A DNA stretch of 64,000 nucleotides from Alphaproteobacteria bacterium (GCA_027485915.1 JAIXQA010000071.1:30567-94566); one strand, 5' to 3'; numbered from the stretch's first letter, positions 47,413-58,675 are shown. The notes: generated by a model not told the origin, from the letters alone. Numbers and translations: made by a program.

Positions 47413-48696
47413 TTGGATTGGCATCTGTTGGTACAAGGCCCGTATCGGTCTTCTCTGAACTGGGCTTCGGCCAAGCTGCGCCCCAAGCGCGGCAACGTTA
47501 CTTTATTGACCGCGCTCGCGGTCTTGCCCGTCTCCTTGGCCATCGTCGGTGCGGTAGAATTAACCTCCCTCAGCAATGAGCGCGCCTTGATGCAAGCGGC
47601 GGCAGATGCTGCCGCACTGGCCGGCGCGCAAAGCCGGACCATTGCAGGAACCAACGACAAGAGCGCCACTGAATTTGCCCAAAAATTCGCGCTTGGCCAA
47701 GTTGGTGATTTCGCGCGCCGGGCAAAAGTGCGCTTCGTTGCCAGCGATGGCCCGGATGGATCGTTCACCGTGCGCGGATATGCGACGAGGCACTCGTTCT
47801 TTGGAGATTTTGTGCCACGTGGGGGATTCAAAATCTCGGTCCAATCGGTGGCGGAGGCATTGGTCAAGCAGCCGCTTTGTATCCTCGGTATTGATGCAAC
47901 GGCCGGCAATTTTGCGATTTCCAGCGCTGGTTCTTCAAAGATCACGGCCAAGGGGTGTGTTGTCCACTCCAATGCCAATCACGAAGTCAGACAGCTTGCC
48001 TCCATCCAAGCAGGCACGGTTCGGATGACGGGAACGGCAAGTGGCACTGCATATTCGCCCTTGCCGCAAACCGGTGCCTTAGCAATCCCAGACCCATTTA
48101 TCGACCGCACTATTCAAGCGCCGGTCACATGCGCGTCATTACCCAGTGGCGGTCTGCAAGCCCATTCGGCAGGCACGGTGACCTTAAGCCCCGGCGTGCA
48201 TAAGACCCAATATAAGATGAGCGGAACAGCAACCTTAGAGCTCCTGCCGGGGGAGCATTATTTCTGTAGCGACCTGACTTTCACCGATAGCTCGCGCCTT
48301 GTCGGCGAAGACTTGGTCATGGTCCTGATGAATGTCACAATGATGGTTGACGGCAATGCCTATGTCTCTTTGGAAGGTCGGACTGTGGGCCCTTGGGCTG
48401 GCTTTGTCATTGTGAGCAACCGGACTAGCACCAAGCATGTAAGTTTTAAGTCGACCCAAATCGACCGACTTCTGGGAACGATCTATCTGCCGAACACAAC
48501 TGTCTATGTCACGGCACCGGGCAATGTGGCGCAAGACTCGCAATGGAGTGTCGTGGTCGCCCGCTATGTGATTACGTCCAACTCGTCCAATCTGGTCATC
48601 AATTCCGATTATGATGGCTCGCCCGTGCCGGTACCAGATGGCGTTGGTAATCGGGCCGGTGGCGCGGACTCCATCCCGCTGCGCTTGCGGAACTAA
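47413..48696 (+). CDS. TadG/TadE-like Flp pilus assembly protein
   Basis: RGNVTLLTALAVLPV...MQAAADAAALAGA; start uncertain. Confidence 0.8.
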   Translation: MDWHLLVQGPYRSSLNWASAKLRPKRGNVTLLTALAVLPVSLAIVGAVELTSLSNERALMQAAADAAALAGAQSRTIAGTNDKSATEFAQKFALGQVGDFARRAKVRFVASDGPDGSFTVRGYATRHSFFGDFVPRGGFKISVQSVAEALVKQPLCILGIDATAGNFAISSAGSSKITAKGCVVHSNANHEVRQLASIQAGTVRMTGTASGTAYSPLPQTGALAIPDPFIDRTIQAPVTCASLPSGGLQAHSAGTVTLSPGVHKTQYKMSGTATLELLPGEHYFCSDLTFTDSSRLVGEDLVMVLMNVTMMVDGNAYVSLEGRTVGPWAGFVIVSNRTSTKHVSFKSTQIDRLLGTIYLPNTTVYVTAPGNVAQDSQWSVVVARYVITSNSSNLVINSDYDGSPVPVPDGVGNRAGGADSIPLRLRN

Positions 48697-48894
48697 GCAT
48701 CTTATAGGCTTCGGGCAAGGACGCAGGGGCAAAGGGCCCTATGGGCGCGCCAGTTGGATTGGTTCTAGTCGGTGCCTGATGGAGAAAATAGCGCCCCAGA
48801 TAGAGGCTATGTGGGCGCGCTTTGGAGGCATGGACGAGACATGCCGCTTTGTCCGCGCGTCATCTGATTGCACAACGGGCGGCCTAGGGTAGCC

Positions 48895-50724
48895 TCAAGC
48901 GAGGTTTTGGTCGAGTTGCCAGGCTGGTACCGACAGGTTTGACGCAATGGCTGGCTCGGACGCTTGGGTCACGGGGCTTGTCACATCGGCCATGCTAGCT
49001 TTGGCGCAAGTCAGGATGGTTTGGATTAAGACACTTGGGTCCAATGGCTTTGGCACAAAGGCATCGGCACCGGCCTCCATAAAGGCGGCGCGGTGGTGGT
49101 CCATGGCATTTGCAGTTAGCGCAATGATGGGGACATGCTGGGTATAGCCGGGTGTCGCGCGCAAGCGTCGCGTCGCCTCTAGGCCGTCCATATTGGGCAT
49201 TTGCATGTCCATCAGAATGGCATCAAACTCTTCCAAGGCGGCCATTTCAAGGGCTTCTACCCCATCATTAGCCATCGCCAACGACCAACCCATCGTCGAT
49301 AAGAACAGGCTGACGATCTTTTGATTGGTTGGATGATCTTCGGCGACCAATATCCGCAAGGGCCGCACGTCTAATTCCACATCCTCGTCTTCAGCCAGTG
49401 CATCTTGGCTCTCGGCCAATTCATAGGGCAGGGTGACGGTAAAGATGGAGCCTTCGCCCTCAATGCTTCGCACGTCTAAGGAACCATCCATGAGTTCGGC
49501 CAAACGGCGGCTGATCGCAAGGCCAAGGCCTGTACCGCCTTTTTTGCGTGCAATCATCTGATTGCCTTGCTCGAACTCGGCGAAAAGACGCGACAGGATT
49601 GCAGGCGAAATGCCACAACCCGTATCGGCAACTTCCAACACCATGGCGCGGCGGCCTCTCGCATCGATGCAGGTCCGCGCGGAAACGTCGATCGAGCCCG
49701 TTTCGGTGAATTTAACGGCGTTGGATATGAGATTGAACAAGATCTGGCGGATGCGCAGCGGGTCACCTTTGATCGCACTGGGGAAGTCCGGCGCGGCTTC
49801 AAAGCGCAAAACAAGATTTTTGTCTGATGCACGGGGGTCCCAAATGCGGACAGCGGCCTGTAATTCGTCAATGACCGGGAAGTCAACGCGTTCGACCGTC
49901 ATTTTGCCGGCTTCGATTTTGGACATGTCGAGCACGTCGTTCAAGAGCGCCAACAGAGTATCGACCGCATCATTGAGCATGTCGACATGCTCACTCTGGG
50001 CCTTGGTCAGTTTTGTGCGGCGGAGAAGGATCGCGGAGGCCATAACCGCATTCATGGGCGTGCGAATTTCATGGGTGACCGTGGCCAAAAAGTCAGACTT
50101 GGTCTGGCTGGCGCTCTCGGCGCGTTTCTTTTGATCTTGGGCCTCCTCATTGGCCCGGACCAGTAGGTCTGTAGATTCATAGGATCGGCGAATAATGATC
50201 GCCAAATGGCCGAGATAGACTAACGCCCCTATCAAAATCACGGTTGATGTAGCAGGCTCCATCTGGAAATAAAGCCAGGAAGTGATGGGAAGGCCGATCA
50301 AATAGAGGCACATCGGCACAGTTGACGCGGCCAAGAGGGCCGTTGATCTCGCGGCATGCAAGGTGGAGTGCAGCAAAGCGCCACAAATGATCAAAGTCGC
50401 AAAGATGCGCCCAGCTTCCCCACCTTTTGCCCACAAAAGGGCGGCAATACTTGTGTAGATAAAGGCATTGAGGGTCACGATTAGGACGCAAGCAATTTGC
50501 CGTCCCAGCAGAACATCACCGTCTGGATTCATGCGCAAGGGCTTGAAAATAAACCAATCCAGTGCTTGGCCAACAATGACAACGGCCAGCCAAATGACGG
50601 GTTCAACCCCCCCCACGATGAAATAACAGGCAAGCGAAAGGAACACGGCGACCGCGAGGCGCGTTTTCAGCTCCTTGGCCCGATTAAGGCCGACCTCGGC
50701 AAAACCAGCTGCGTGCTTGTCCAT
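48895..50724 (-). CDS. Membrane hybrid histidine kinase/response regulator
   Basis: THEIRTPMN, NLISNAVKFT, GTGLGL, ILMDMQMP; N-terminal TM helices; alternative start 50784. Confidence 0.93.
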   Translation of the reverse strand: MDKHAAGFAEVGLNRAKELKTRLAVAVFLSLACYFIVGGVEPVIWLAVVIVGQALDWFIFKPLRMNPDGDVLLGRQIACVLIVTLNAFIYTSIAALLWAKGGEAGRIFATLIICGALLHSTLHAARSTALLAASTVPMCLYLIGLPITSWLYFQMEPATSTVILIGALVYLGHLAIIIRRSYESTDLLVRANEEAQDQKKRAESASQTKSDFLATVTHEIRTPMNAVMASAILLRRTKLTKAQSEHVDMLNDAVDTLLALLNDVLDMSKIEAGKMTVERVDFPVIDELQAAVRIWDPRASDKNLVLRFEAAPDFPSAIKGDPLRIRQILFNLISNAVKFTETGSIDVSARTCIDARGRRAMVLEVADTGCGISPAILSRLFAEFEQGNQMIARKKGGTGLGLAISRRLAELMDGSLDVRSIEGEGSIFTVTLPYELAESQDALAEDEDVELDVRPLRILVAEDHPTNQKIVSLFLSTMGWSLAMANDGVEALEMAALEEFDAILMDMQMPNMDGLEATRRLRATPGYTQHVPIIALTANAMDHHRAAFMEAGADAFVPKPLDPSVLIQTILTCAKASMADVTSPVTQASEPAIASNLSVPAWQLDQNLA

Positions 50725-50978
50725 AAAATCTGACCAATTCTTTATCGTGGAAAAAATCGCCGGGTCAAACCCTAGAACTCCCAAGTAAAAATAAGGTGAA
50801 GTTTACCGTTGTACTTGGCTGGTTTGCGATAAGGTAAATTGTGCAATTTGATCCGTATACCTACACTTTAGATTGAATTATGGTCATGCCTCAAAACTAT
50901 TCGGGCCTTTTCTTGTCGCACTAATACTCCCTTAAAGTGTTTGTGCGATGCCATTAGTCTCTGTTTTGAGGATAGACT

Positions 50979-53090
50979 ATGGCTGCGCCTACTCCCCACA
51001 ATGAAGCTCAGCGTCTCGCGGAACTGATAGACTTTGCGGTTCTCGATACACTGCCCGATCCGTCCCTCGACGCCATTGTGGCTTTAGCTTCGAGCATTAT
51101 GGATGTGCCAATTGCGCTGGTTTCATTGGTCGATGCCGAGCGGCAATGGTTTAAGGCGCGTGTTGGCTTGGATGCTTGCGAGACGGATCGAGAAAGCGCA
51201 TTCTGCGCGCATGCAATCATGGATGATGAGCCGCTGATTGTCACAAATGCGCTGGAAGATCCGCGCTTTGCCAATAATCCGTTGGTTTTGGGTGCGCCCA
51301 ATATTCGCGCTTATTTTGGCTTCCCCTTGATTGTCGGTCCAGATCTGCGACTTGGCACTTTGTGTGCGATCGACCTAAAGCCTCGCACCATCACCCCGAC
51401 CCAAATTGAGCAAATGAAGTCACTGGCAAAAATCGTTGTCGGTCAATTGGAAATCACCCGCTCCACGCGCGATGCTTTGGCTTTGGCGGAGGCTAATGAA
51501 ACACTGAACCGCGAAGCGGGTCATGCCCGCGTGATTCTTGAGACCATGTCTGAAGGGGTGTTGATCAAGAATCGTATCGGAAAGGTTGTCGAAGCCAACC
51601 TTAGCGCGTGCAAGATCCTCGGCTTGGCCCGCGATGAGCTTGTTGGCATGATGGTCAACGACGTCCGCTGGCGACGCTTGCGAGAGGATGGGACTTCTTA
51701 CCTAGCGCATGAAATCCCAGCCATTGAGGTTTTGCGTAGCGGAATTCCGGTCAGCAATGAAGTGGTTGGTGTCCCGGATGACGACGGCGGCATCAAATGG
51801 CTGCATCTTTCGGCCAGCCCATTGTTTGAACCCTTCGATGAGACGCCATCCTTTGTTGTTTCCACTTTCTCGGACATTACGCATCTGAAAGCCCAACAAG
51901 AGCATTTGCGCGAACTGTCCGTGAAGGCCAACGCCGCCAACGCTGCCAAAACGCAATTTTTGGCAAATATGAGCCACGAGTTGCGCACCCCCCTGAATGG
52001 GGTTGTTGGTGTGGCCTCTGCGTTAGCAAATACCCCTTTGGATGATCGACAAAAGCGGATGGTGGAACTAATCCGCTCGTCTGGCAAAGATCTTGAGCGT
52101 CAATTGTCAGACATTTTGGATTTGACCAAAGTCGAAGCTGGCGAACTACAGCTCGAAGCCGTCCCAACAGATATTGGTTTGATCATTCAAGACGTGGTTG
52201 CCCTGATGTCTGGTGCATGTGCGCAAAAGAGACTTGCGCTCGCTTTTGACAATCGATTACCCGCCAAACAGCTTTATCTTGGCGACCCAGTTCGCTTACG
52301 CCAAATTGTAACAAATTTGGTCTCCAATGCCGTTAAGTTTACGTCCGTGGGCAGCATACGCGTGACGGCGTCGCCCCGCCCAACAGGGGCAGGTTTAATC
52401 ATTGAAGTGGCCGACACCGGCATTGGGTTTGATGAGGCGCAAAGTCAAAGATTGTTCGAGCGCTTCTCTCAAGCCGATAGTTCCATCACCCGCCGCTTTG
52501 GCGGCACCGGGCTTGGCCTTGCGATCTCTAAATCGCTGACTGAATTGATGGGCGGCACAATCACAGCCAAGTCGACGCCCCAAGTCGGTTCCGTGTTTAC
52601 GTTGGACTTGCCGCTACCGTTGCACCGCGCCGTGACTTTATCCCAAGCAGGCGAGGATCTGGCCGAGATTTGCCGCGATATCCCAAAGGACTTGCGCGTC
52701 CTCTTGGTGGAAGATCAATTGTTAAACCAACAAGTCTTTGGCTTCATGATGGAGCCGTTCGGGGCAGAGTTTTTCACTGCAACCAATGGGGACGAGGGTG
52801 TGGAAGCATTCGAGACCGCGACCTTCGACATCATCTTCATGGACATGCAAATGCCCGTGAAAGATGGGCTGGCCGCGACACGTCAAATCCGGGCACTTGA
52901 AGCGCAAACTGGAGCCAAGCCCACACCCATCATTATGCTGACAGCCAATGCCGGCGAAAACCATCGGCGCGAGGCATTAGCTTCGGGGGCAGACCTACAT
53001 GTCGCAAAGCCTGTCACGCAAGTCGCGATTGGCGAAGCGATGCGGACGGCCTTGGCAACTTATGGAAAACTCGCTCGCGAGCAGGCTTAA
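50979..53090 (+). CDS. GAF-PAS hybrid histidine kinase/response regulator
   Basis: GAF (AFCAHAI, GTLCAID), PAS, SHELRTPLN, GTGLGL, FMDMQMP. Confidence 0.93.
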   Translation: MAAPTPHNEAQRLAELIDFAVLDTLPDPSLDAIVALASSIMDVPIALVSLVDAERQWFKARVGLDACETDRESAFCAHAIMDDEPLIVTNALEDPRFANNPLVLGAPNIRAYFGFPLIVGPDLRLGTLCAIDLKPRTITPTQIEQMKSLAKIVVGQLEITRSTRDALALAEANETLNREAGHARVILETMSEGVLIKNRIGKVVEANLSACKILGLARDELVGMMVNDVRWRRLREDGTSYLAHEIPAIEVLRSGIPVSNEVVGVPDDDGGIKWLHLSASPLFEPFDETPSFVVSTFSDITHLKAQQEHLRELSVKANAANAAKTQFLANMSHELRTPLNGVVGVASALANTPLDDRQKRMVELIRSSGKDLERQLSDILDLTKVEAGELQLEAVPTDIGLIIQDVVALMSGACAQKRLALAFDNRLPAKQLYLGDPVRLRQIVTNLVSNAVKFTSVGSIRVTASPRPTGAGLIIEVADTGIGFDEAQSQRLFERFSQADSSITRRFGGTGLGLAISKSLTELMGGTITAKSTPQVGSVFTLDLPLPLHRAVTLSQAGEDLAEICRDIPKDLRVLLVEDQLLNQQVFGFMMEPFGAEFFTATNGDEGVEAFETATFDIIFMDMQMPVKDGLAATRQIRALEAQTGAKPTPIIMLTANAGENHRREALASGADLHVAKPVTQVAIGEAMRTALATYGKLAREQA

Positions 53091-53157
53091 AGGCAGCCCG
53101 GGGTAAGCCCTATTGGCCGTAATTGAAGTGATGAAGCAACGGTAGCGGGCTTGAAGC

Positions 53158-54276
53158 CTACCAAGTCACCATGGTTGAGCGCTTGGGAGCCAGGCCATTT
53201 TCGAACTCGCGCAGGATGTCGAGATATTCCAAGACCTCAACATTCTTTTCCTTGTCCTTATTGAAGCGATATGCCCAAAAGGATGAGATATGCGAGATAA
53301 TGCCCATGGAATGGCCGAGTTCAATGAAGAGAACAGGCGCATCAAGCAGGAATTTGCGGAATGCGGCCGTGTTACCCTTGTCGACCAGGTCGCGGAATGC
53401 ATCGTCATATAGCGACAATACTTGTTGGCAGCCTTTGGCGCTGTCGCGAATTCGGCCGCGGATCGATTTTTTTAGGTCATCAATTTCTTCGCGAATATTC
53501 TTGTCGATCCGGCCTTTTATCTTGATCGAGTCCATCTCCGCACTGATACGGGTTAGCTTGTGGAAGGTCTCAGAAAACTGCCACTTATAATAGATGAAGC
53601 CCTTCCAGCTGAAGATGCCTTGGGTGAACTTTTCGCCTTCAAGGCCAAGCGTCATGCGCAAAGGATCAAGCCGGGAATCTGCATTGGTCGACAAGAGCGC
53701 ATCTGCCAATTTCTTGACGAGCTCGGGCGGAATACTGCCGTTCTTGCTGCCAAACGCCATGGCGATCAGCGGCGCCATTTCGTTGGAAGTAAAGCTCTGC
53801 ATCCGCGCATTATCGGCTGGTGAGATCGCAAAATAGCAATCGGCAGGGTGATGGTGATAGCGGCGCAATTGCTCGCGCACCAGAAAAGGGTCGAGCGAGG
53901 GTAACTCATTGAGCATTTCGAGGATTTCAAAATCCTTTTGCAGCTCCGCTTCGGTGGCACCGAGCACATCGCACAATGTCGCGCGCCAACCCATTTGGTT
54001 GACAAGAATTGAGCGGCCACCTGCTTTCAGGTCGGATCTGTCCAGCGGGAACATGATCTTGGTGGCAACCGAAGTCCCATCACTTAGGAGATAAGTTTCA
54101 TCGGTACGCAGCCGATGCTTGATGATGATCGCGCGATTAAGCACGGCGTCGAAGAAGAAGGGGGCACTCACCCGCGCCAAATCGTCGGCAAACTCCACGG
54201 TGACCAAATGCAGGTTCAACACCCGACTGGTAGAGGCGGTGGTAGTCAATGCTGCTAAGCTTCTTACGCCACTCAT
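53158..54276 (-). CDS. Conserved-looking hypothetical protein, paralog 2
   Basis: Collinear with 54423-55562 (VRSLAAL, TSRVLNL, ELPSLDPFLVREQL, GIFSWKGF.YYKWQ). Confidence 0.85.
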   Translation of the reverse strand: MSGVRSLAALTTTASTSRVLNLHLVTVEFADDLARVSAPFFFDAVLNRAIIIKHRLRTDETYLLSDGTSVATKIMFPLDRSDLKAGGRSILVNQMGWRATLCDVLGATEAELQKDFEILEMLNELPSLDPFLVREQLRRYHHHPADCYFAISPADNARMQSFTSNEMAPLIAMAFGSKNGSIPPELVKKLADALLSTNADSRLDPLRMTLGLEGEKFTQGIFSWKGFIYYKWQFSETFHKLTRISAEMDSIKIKGRIDKNIREEIDDLKKSIRGRIRDSAKGCQQVLSLYDDAFRDLVDKGNTAAFRKFLLDAPVLFIELGHSMGIISHISSFWAYRFNKDKEKNVEVLEYLDILREFENGLAPKRSTMVTW

Positions 54277-54422
54277 GGACACACACCCCAAATTTCCAAC
54301 TGGCGAATCTAAAGACGCTTTTGTTCGGCAGCCTACTAGTAGGTCAAGTCCAATTGAGAATTCGTAAACCTTGGTTACATTTGTTCAGGTAGATTGCCAA
54401 AAAATACGACAAGTTGCATAAA

Positions 54423-55562
54423 CTAACGGGCCTCCCTTGGGGATAGGCCCATGTCGAAGTCTTTCAAGAGTTCGAGGAATTCCTCAACATTATGCACTTC
54501 CGTCTGCGAAGGCCGGAATTGATAGCGCCAATAGGAAACGATATGCGAGATCATGCCCATCGCATGGCCCAGCTCGATAAAAAGGCCGGGTGCTTCAAGC
54601 AAGAATCTGCGGAATTCAACCGCATTGCCCTTTTTTGTTAGCCCTGCAAGCCCATCGTCATACAAGGCCAGAATAACCTTAGTTCGCTCAAGGGCCGCTT
54701 GGATGCGTGCCTTAATCGAGGCGCGTACCGAGCCGATCAAATAGCCCATGGTTGGGTCAAGGCGGCTCCAAATCTTCATCGAAAGCATTTGGGAAACCAC
54801 TTTGTCGAGCTCTGGCTTTGTCTCGTAGAGTTGCCATTTGTAGTACAAAAAGCCCTTCCAACTGAAGATGCCGCGTTGGAATTGTTCGCCCTCTAAACCA
54901 AGTGTCATTTGAAGTGGAGCCAAACGGTGGTCGGCATTCGTCGCAAGAATGGCGTTTGACATGCGTTTCACCAATTCGCCCCCAGCCTCACCGCCGGATT
55001 GGAAAGCCAGGATGACTAAATCGCGAATTTCGTTGTAGGCAAATTTTTCGAGGCGTGCCGTGTCGTTTGGTGTGATCGCAAAATAGTCGTCCGAGGGCGT
55101 GAACTCGTGCCGCTTGAGTTGCTCACGAACCAAAAAGGGATCTAGGGATGGCAATTCGTTCAACAGCTCCAGGACTGTCAAATCCGCATCGAGTGAAACA
55201 GCATCCTTACCCAAAAAGTCGCAGATCGTGTTGAGGTAGCCAATCTGATTAACAAACAGAGCTCTTCCCCCGACCCTCAGGTCATGATTGTCGAGCGGAA
55301 AGATGATCTTGGTTGCGACAGGCACATTCTCATGGAAAAGGTCGATCTCATTCGGTCTTGGGCGATGCTTGGTGATGATGGCGCTATTCAAGAGGCGATC
55401 TTGAAAGAATGGCGTATGTTGCTTGATGTTCGCACCCTGTACCGACGCATCGACGGAGTTCAGGTTAAGTACTCGACTTGTGGAGCAGGTTTTTGCGAGC
55501 GCCGCCAGACTGCGGACACCGGTAGTACTTGGAGTGCTGAAGTTACGAGAATGCATAGTCAT
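54423..55562 (-). CDS. Conserved-looking hypothetical protein, paralog 1
   Basis: Shares long motifs with 53158-54276 over the full length. Confidence 0.85.
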   Translation of the reverse strand: MTMHSRNFSTPSTTGVRSLAALAKTCSTSRVLNLNSVDASVQGANIKQHTPFFQDRLLNSAIITKHRPRPNEIDLFHENVPVATKIIFPLDNHDLRVGGRALFVNQIGYLNTICDFLGKDAVSLDADLTVLELLNELPSLDPFLVREQLKRHEFTPSDDYFAITPNDTARLEKFAYNEIRDLVILAFQSGGEAGGELVKRMSNAILATNADHRLAPLQMTLGLEGEQFQRGIFSWKGFLYYKWQLYETKPELDKVVSQMLSMKIWSRLDPTMGYLIGSVRASIKARIQAALERTKVILALYDDGLAGLTKKGNAVEFRRFLLEAPGLFIELGHAMGMISHIVSYWRYQFRPSQTEVHNVEEFLELLKDFDMGLSPREAR

Positions 55563-55666
55563 AGAGAGTACTTCCCTATGAGTAATTTCAGATACGCAAA
55601 ATTACCCGGCCATTTTACTGATTATTTGACGGATACTAACGCGTATAGAATATCGCTATACAATGC

Positions 55667-56359
55667 CTATATTAAACCAAAAGCCTTAAGGCTTCGTGTA
55701 TCTTGGGCTCCAACAATTATGTGATCAATCACCGTTACTTTAAGGGGGGCGAGTGCATTTATGATTTCGCGGGTCATTGCAATATCCGCGCTCGAAGGTG
55801 TTGGGTCGCCGGACGGGTGGTTATGGGCCAAAATGACAGAGCTTGCGGATAATTCTAAGGCCCTGCGGGCAATCTCTCGGGGGTAGACGGGTGCGTGGTC
55901 AACCGTGCCTTCGCTCATCTTTTCATCCACGATCAAGCGTAGCTTTTTGTCGAGGAAGAGCACACGGAATTCTTCGCGCTTTGCCCCGCCTAGATTGAGT
56001 TTAAGATAAGACAATACACTCGACCAAGACCCCAAAACGGGCTTGCTCATAATCTCGCTTTGGCTGCCCCGAACTTGAAGCGCATGCATGGATTTCAAAT
56101 GGATGGCTGCGACTTGGCCGACGCCATCAACGCGCAGCAGGTCGTTTAATGGGGCTTGAAGGACCTCATTTATCCCGCCAAACTGTGTCAGCAAGTTGCG
56201 GGCTAAGGCTTTGGTGTCTTGCCGCTTGATCACGCCGAACAACCACAGCTCAAGCAATTCATGGTCGGCTAGACCATCTGGCCCGGCGCGCAAGAAACGC
56301 TCACGCAGCCGTTCACGATGGCCTTCCAGATGGGCATTCGACTTGTTGATTGTTCCCAT
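55667..56359 (-). CDS. radC: RadC family JAB-domain protein
   Basis: GHRERLRERF, EEFRVLFLD, HNHPSGDPTPSSAD, DHIIVG. Confidence 0.95.
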   Translation of the reverse strand: MGTINKSNAHLEGHRERLRERFLRAGPDGLADHELLELWLFGVIKRQDTKALARNLLTQFGGINEVLQAPLNDLLRVDGVGQVAAIHLKSMHALQVRGSQSEIMSKPVLGSWSSVLSYLKLNLGGAKREEFRVLFLDKKLRLIVDEKMSEGTVDHAPVYPREIARRALELSASSVILAHNHPSGDPTPSSADIAMTREIINALAPLKVTVIDHIIVGAQDTRSLKAFGLI

Positions 56360-56365
56360 GGGCCC

Positions 56366-57208
56366 TCAAACTGGATCAGACAGTGTGTGGGGTGTGTCCA
56401 AGCCAAGAGGGGAGAGGGTGAAAATCTCGCATCCGTCCTCAGTCACACCAATCGAGTGTTCAAACTGCGCGGATAAGGAACGGTCGCGCGTCACAGCGGT
56501 CCAGCCATCAGGCAGGATCGATACTGAATGCTTGCCTAAATTCACCATCGGCTCAATGGTGAAAAACATGCCGGCGCGCAATTCAGGGCCTTGGCCCGGC
56601 TTGCCGAAATGCACAATATTCGGATTGTCATGGAACACGCGGCCCAAGCCGTGGCCACAGAAGTCACGCACGACAGAGCAACGCTGTGCTTCGACAAAAC
56701 TTTGGATCGCATGACCGATATCGCCCAAGGTCGCACCGGGCTTTACCGCCGCGATGCCCCGCTGCAGGCTTTCCCATGTGACATCCATCAAGCGGCGCGC
56801 TTTGCGCGACACATCGCCAATGCCGTACATGCGGGAATGGTCGCCATGCCACCCATCGACAATCACGGTGACGTCGATATTGGCAATATCGCCGCTTCTG
56901 AATTGGCGCGGACCAGGAATGCCGTGGCAGACCACATGGTTCAAAGAGATGCAGGTGGTATGATTATAGCCCCGATAGCCCATACAGGCTGGAATCCACC
57001 CATGGTCTAAGACATAGTCACGCGCCAGCGTATCAATGCGTTCTGCGGTAACGCCTTCTTTGACTTCGCTAACCAGCATGTCCAGCACTTCGGCGGCGGC
57101 GCGGCCTGCGGCACGCATGCCAGCAAAAGCCTCTGGCCCATGCAATTTGATCGCATGGTCATTACGGCTGTCGGGTGCGGTGTCTGCGTCGATATACATC
57201 CCTGTCAT
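56366..57208 (-). CDS. map: Type I methionine aminopeptidase
   Basis: NHVVCHGIP, NIDVT, GDHSRM, GHGLG, TIEPMVN, AQFEHS. Confidence 0.96.
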   Translation of the reverse strand: MTGMYIDADTAPDSRNDHAIKLHGPEAFAGMRAAGRAAAEVLDMLVSEVKEGVTAERIDTLARDYVLDHGWIPACMGYRGYNHTTCISLNHVVCHGIPGPRQFRSGDIANIDVTVIVDGWHGDHSRMYGIGDVSRKARRLMDVTWESLQRGIAAVKPGATLGDIGHAIQSFVEAQRCSVVRDFCGHGLGRVFHDNPNIVHFGKPGQGPELRAGMFFTIEPMVNLGKHSVSILPDGWTAVTRDRSLSAQFEHSIGVTEDGCEIFTLSPLGLDTPHTLSDPV

Positions 57209-57241
57209 ATAGCCTTCAAAATGGCTTTTGGGCAGGGGGTC

Positions 57242-58471
57242 TTATGTGGATTGCTCGGCTTCATCGTCATCTTGCCGCGCAACGGTCGCGGTGACGGCCA
57301 TATCCATCGTCACATTGCCTAAAGTACGGAAGATGTCGGGGAAGGTTTCAACCGCAATCAACAAGGCCAGTGGCTCGACTGGTGCACCCAGGGCCAAGCA
57401 AATGGGCGCAATGGAACTGATAAAACTGATGGAACCTGGAAGGCTAACCGCGCCCAAAGTCGTCGTGGCACCGGCCGCAATGCCTAGAGCAATCTGGGCG
57501 GGACCTAACTCCACCCCAAACCAATTGGCAATGTAAAGTGCCACGCCAAGGTTCATGGCAGGACCGGTGGCGCGAAAGATGGCAACCGCAATCGGCAAGA
57601 TCACATCGGCCTTGGCCGCTGGCACGCCCATAGCCTGCACGCCCTTCAGCATAGCGGGCAGCGACGCCAGCGAGGACTGGGTCGAGATGGCCACTGCTTG
57701 GGCGGGAATGGCAGCTTTGAAGAACTCCCCCAAACCCCGCTTGGCCCCAAAAACCGCCAAAGCAAAGGACGCCAGCCACACAATCACACCCAAGGCCGAC
57801 AGCACGATGACATAATGGGCCAATGCGCCAAAGGCTTCTGCCCCAGCTTTTGCCCCAACCACAAAGGCCAAAGCAAACACGCCAATGGGGGCGAGCGCCA
57901 AAACCCAGCCAATCACCAAAATCATCGCCTCAGCCACGGCTTCAAAAAAGCCTGTCACAGGCGCGCGCTTTTCCAGCGGCAGGCGCGTCAAGGCAAAGCC
58001 AAAGGCAGCCGTAAAGATAATCAGCGGCAAGATGGCGTCATTGGCGGCAGCCGCAATCGGATTGGTCGGAATCATGGCGCGCAGGAAATCGCCCAACGGC
58101 GGCACAGGGCCAGGCTTTTCGGTAATGCTCAGGGCTTCTCGCAAAGCGTCCGCCGATCCATCGGGCATCGGGAAAATGTTGAGGATCAGAGGCAAAGTCA
58201 GTGCCGCCATAATGGACGAGCACCAAAGGATGACCAGCATGGTGCCAACCCCGCGCGCAGCCAGCCTTCCAGCGCGCGCTGCTAAGGCCGTTTGCGCGAT
58301 CCCGGTGATCAGGAGGGCAACCACCAAGGGCACCACCGTCATCCGCAAGCCATTCAACCACACCGAGCCAATCGTGTCGGCCGTCGCCTTGATCCCCTCG
58401 CTTGAGCCCAGCCAAATGCCAGCCAGAAGCCCCAAAACAAGTGCCGCGAGGATAATCAGTGCTTTTGACAT
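57242..58471 (-). CDS. Dicarboxylate/amino acid:cation symporter (DAACS)
   Basis: LRMTVVPLV, STQSSLASLP, FRTLGNVT. Confidence 0.9.
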   Translation of the reverse strand: MSKALIILAALVLGLLAGIWLGSSEGIKATADTIGSVWLNGLRMTVVPLVVALLITGIAQTALAARAGRLAARGVGTMLVILWCSSIMAALTLPLILNIFPMPDGSADALREALSITEKPGPVPPLGDFLRAMIPTNPIAAAANDAILPLIIFTAAFGFALTRLPLEKRAPVTGFFEAVAEAMILVIGWVLALAPIGVFALAFVVGAKAGAEAFGALAHYVIVLSALGVIVWLASFALAVFGAKRGLGEFFKAAIPAQAVAISTQSSLASLPAMLKGVQAMGVPAAKADVILPIAVAIFRATGPAMNLGVALYIANWFGVELGPAQIALGIAAGATTTLGAVSLPGSISFISSIAPICLALGAPVEPLALLIAVETFPDIFRTLGNVTMDMAVTATVARQDDDEAEQST

Positions 58472-58675
58472 GTTGGAATACTTTCAACCAAATCTGCCAA
58501 TCCCTTGGCCCAGATGAACCAATCTGGCTGAGCTTTCAGGCTTCGGCAAGCCAAGCGCCAGCTAAAACCTGGCCCAGACGCTGCATGCTCGCCCACGTGT
58601 GCGTGCAGAAAGGCGATGGATTACATCATCACACTCTTGCTCAAAAAGCGCGTATGACGCACAAAGCGCGCAGAT

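Noticed and set aside
55667-56359. radC as mobile or defence JAB gene
   Set aside because: Full-length chromosomal form with an N-terminal HhH region, next to map; typical core arrangement.
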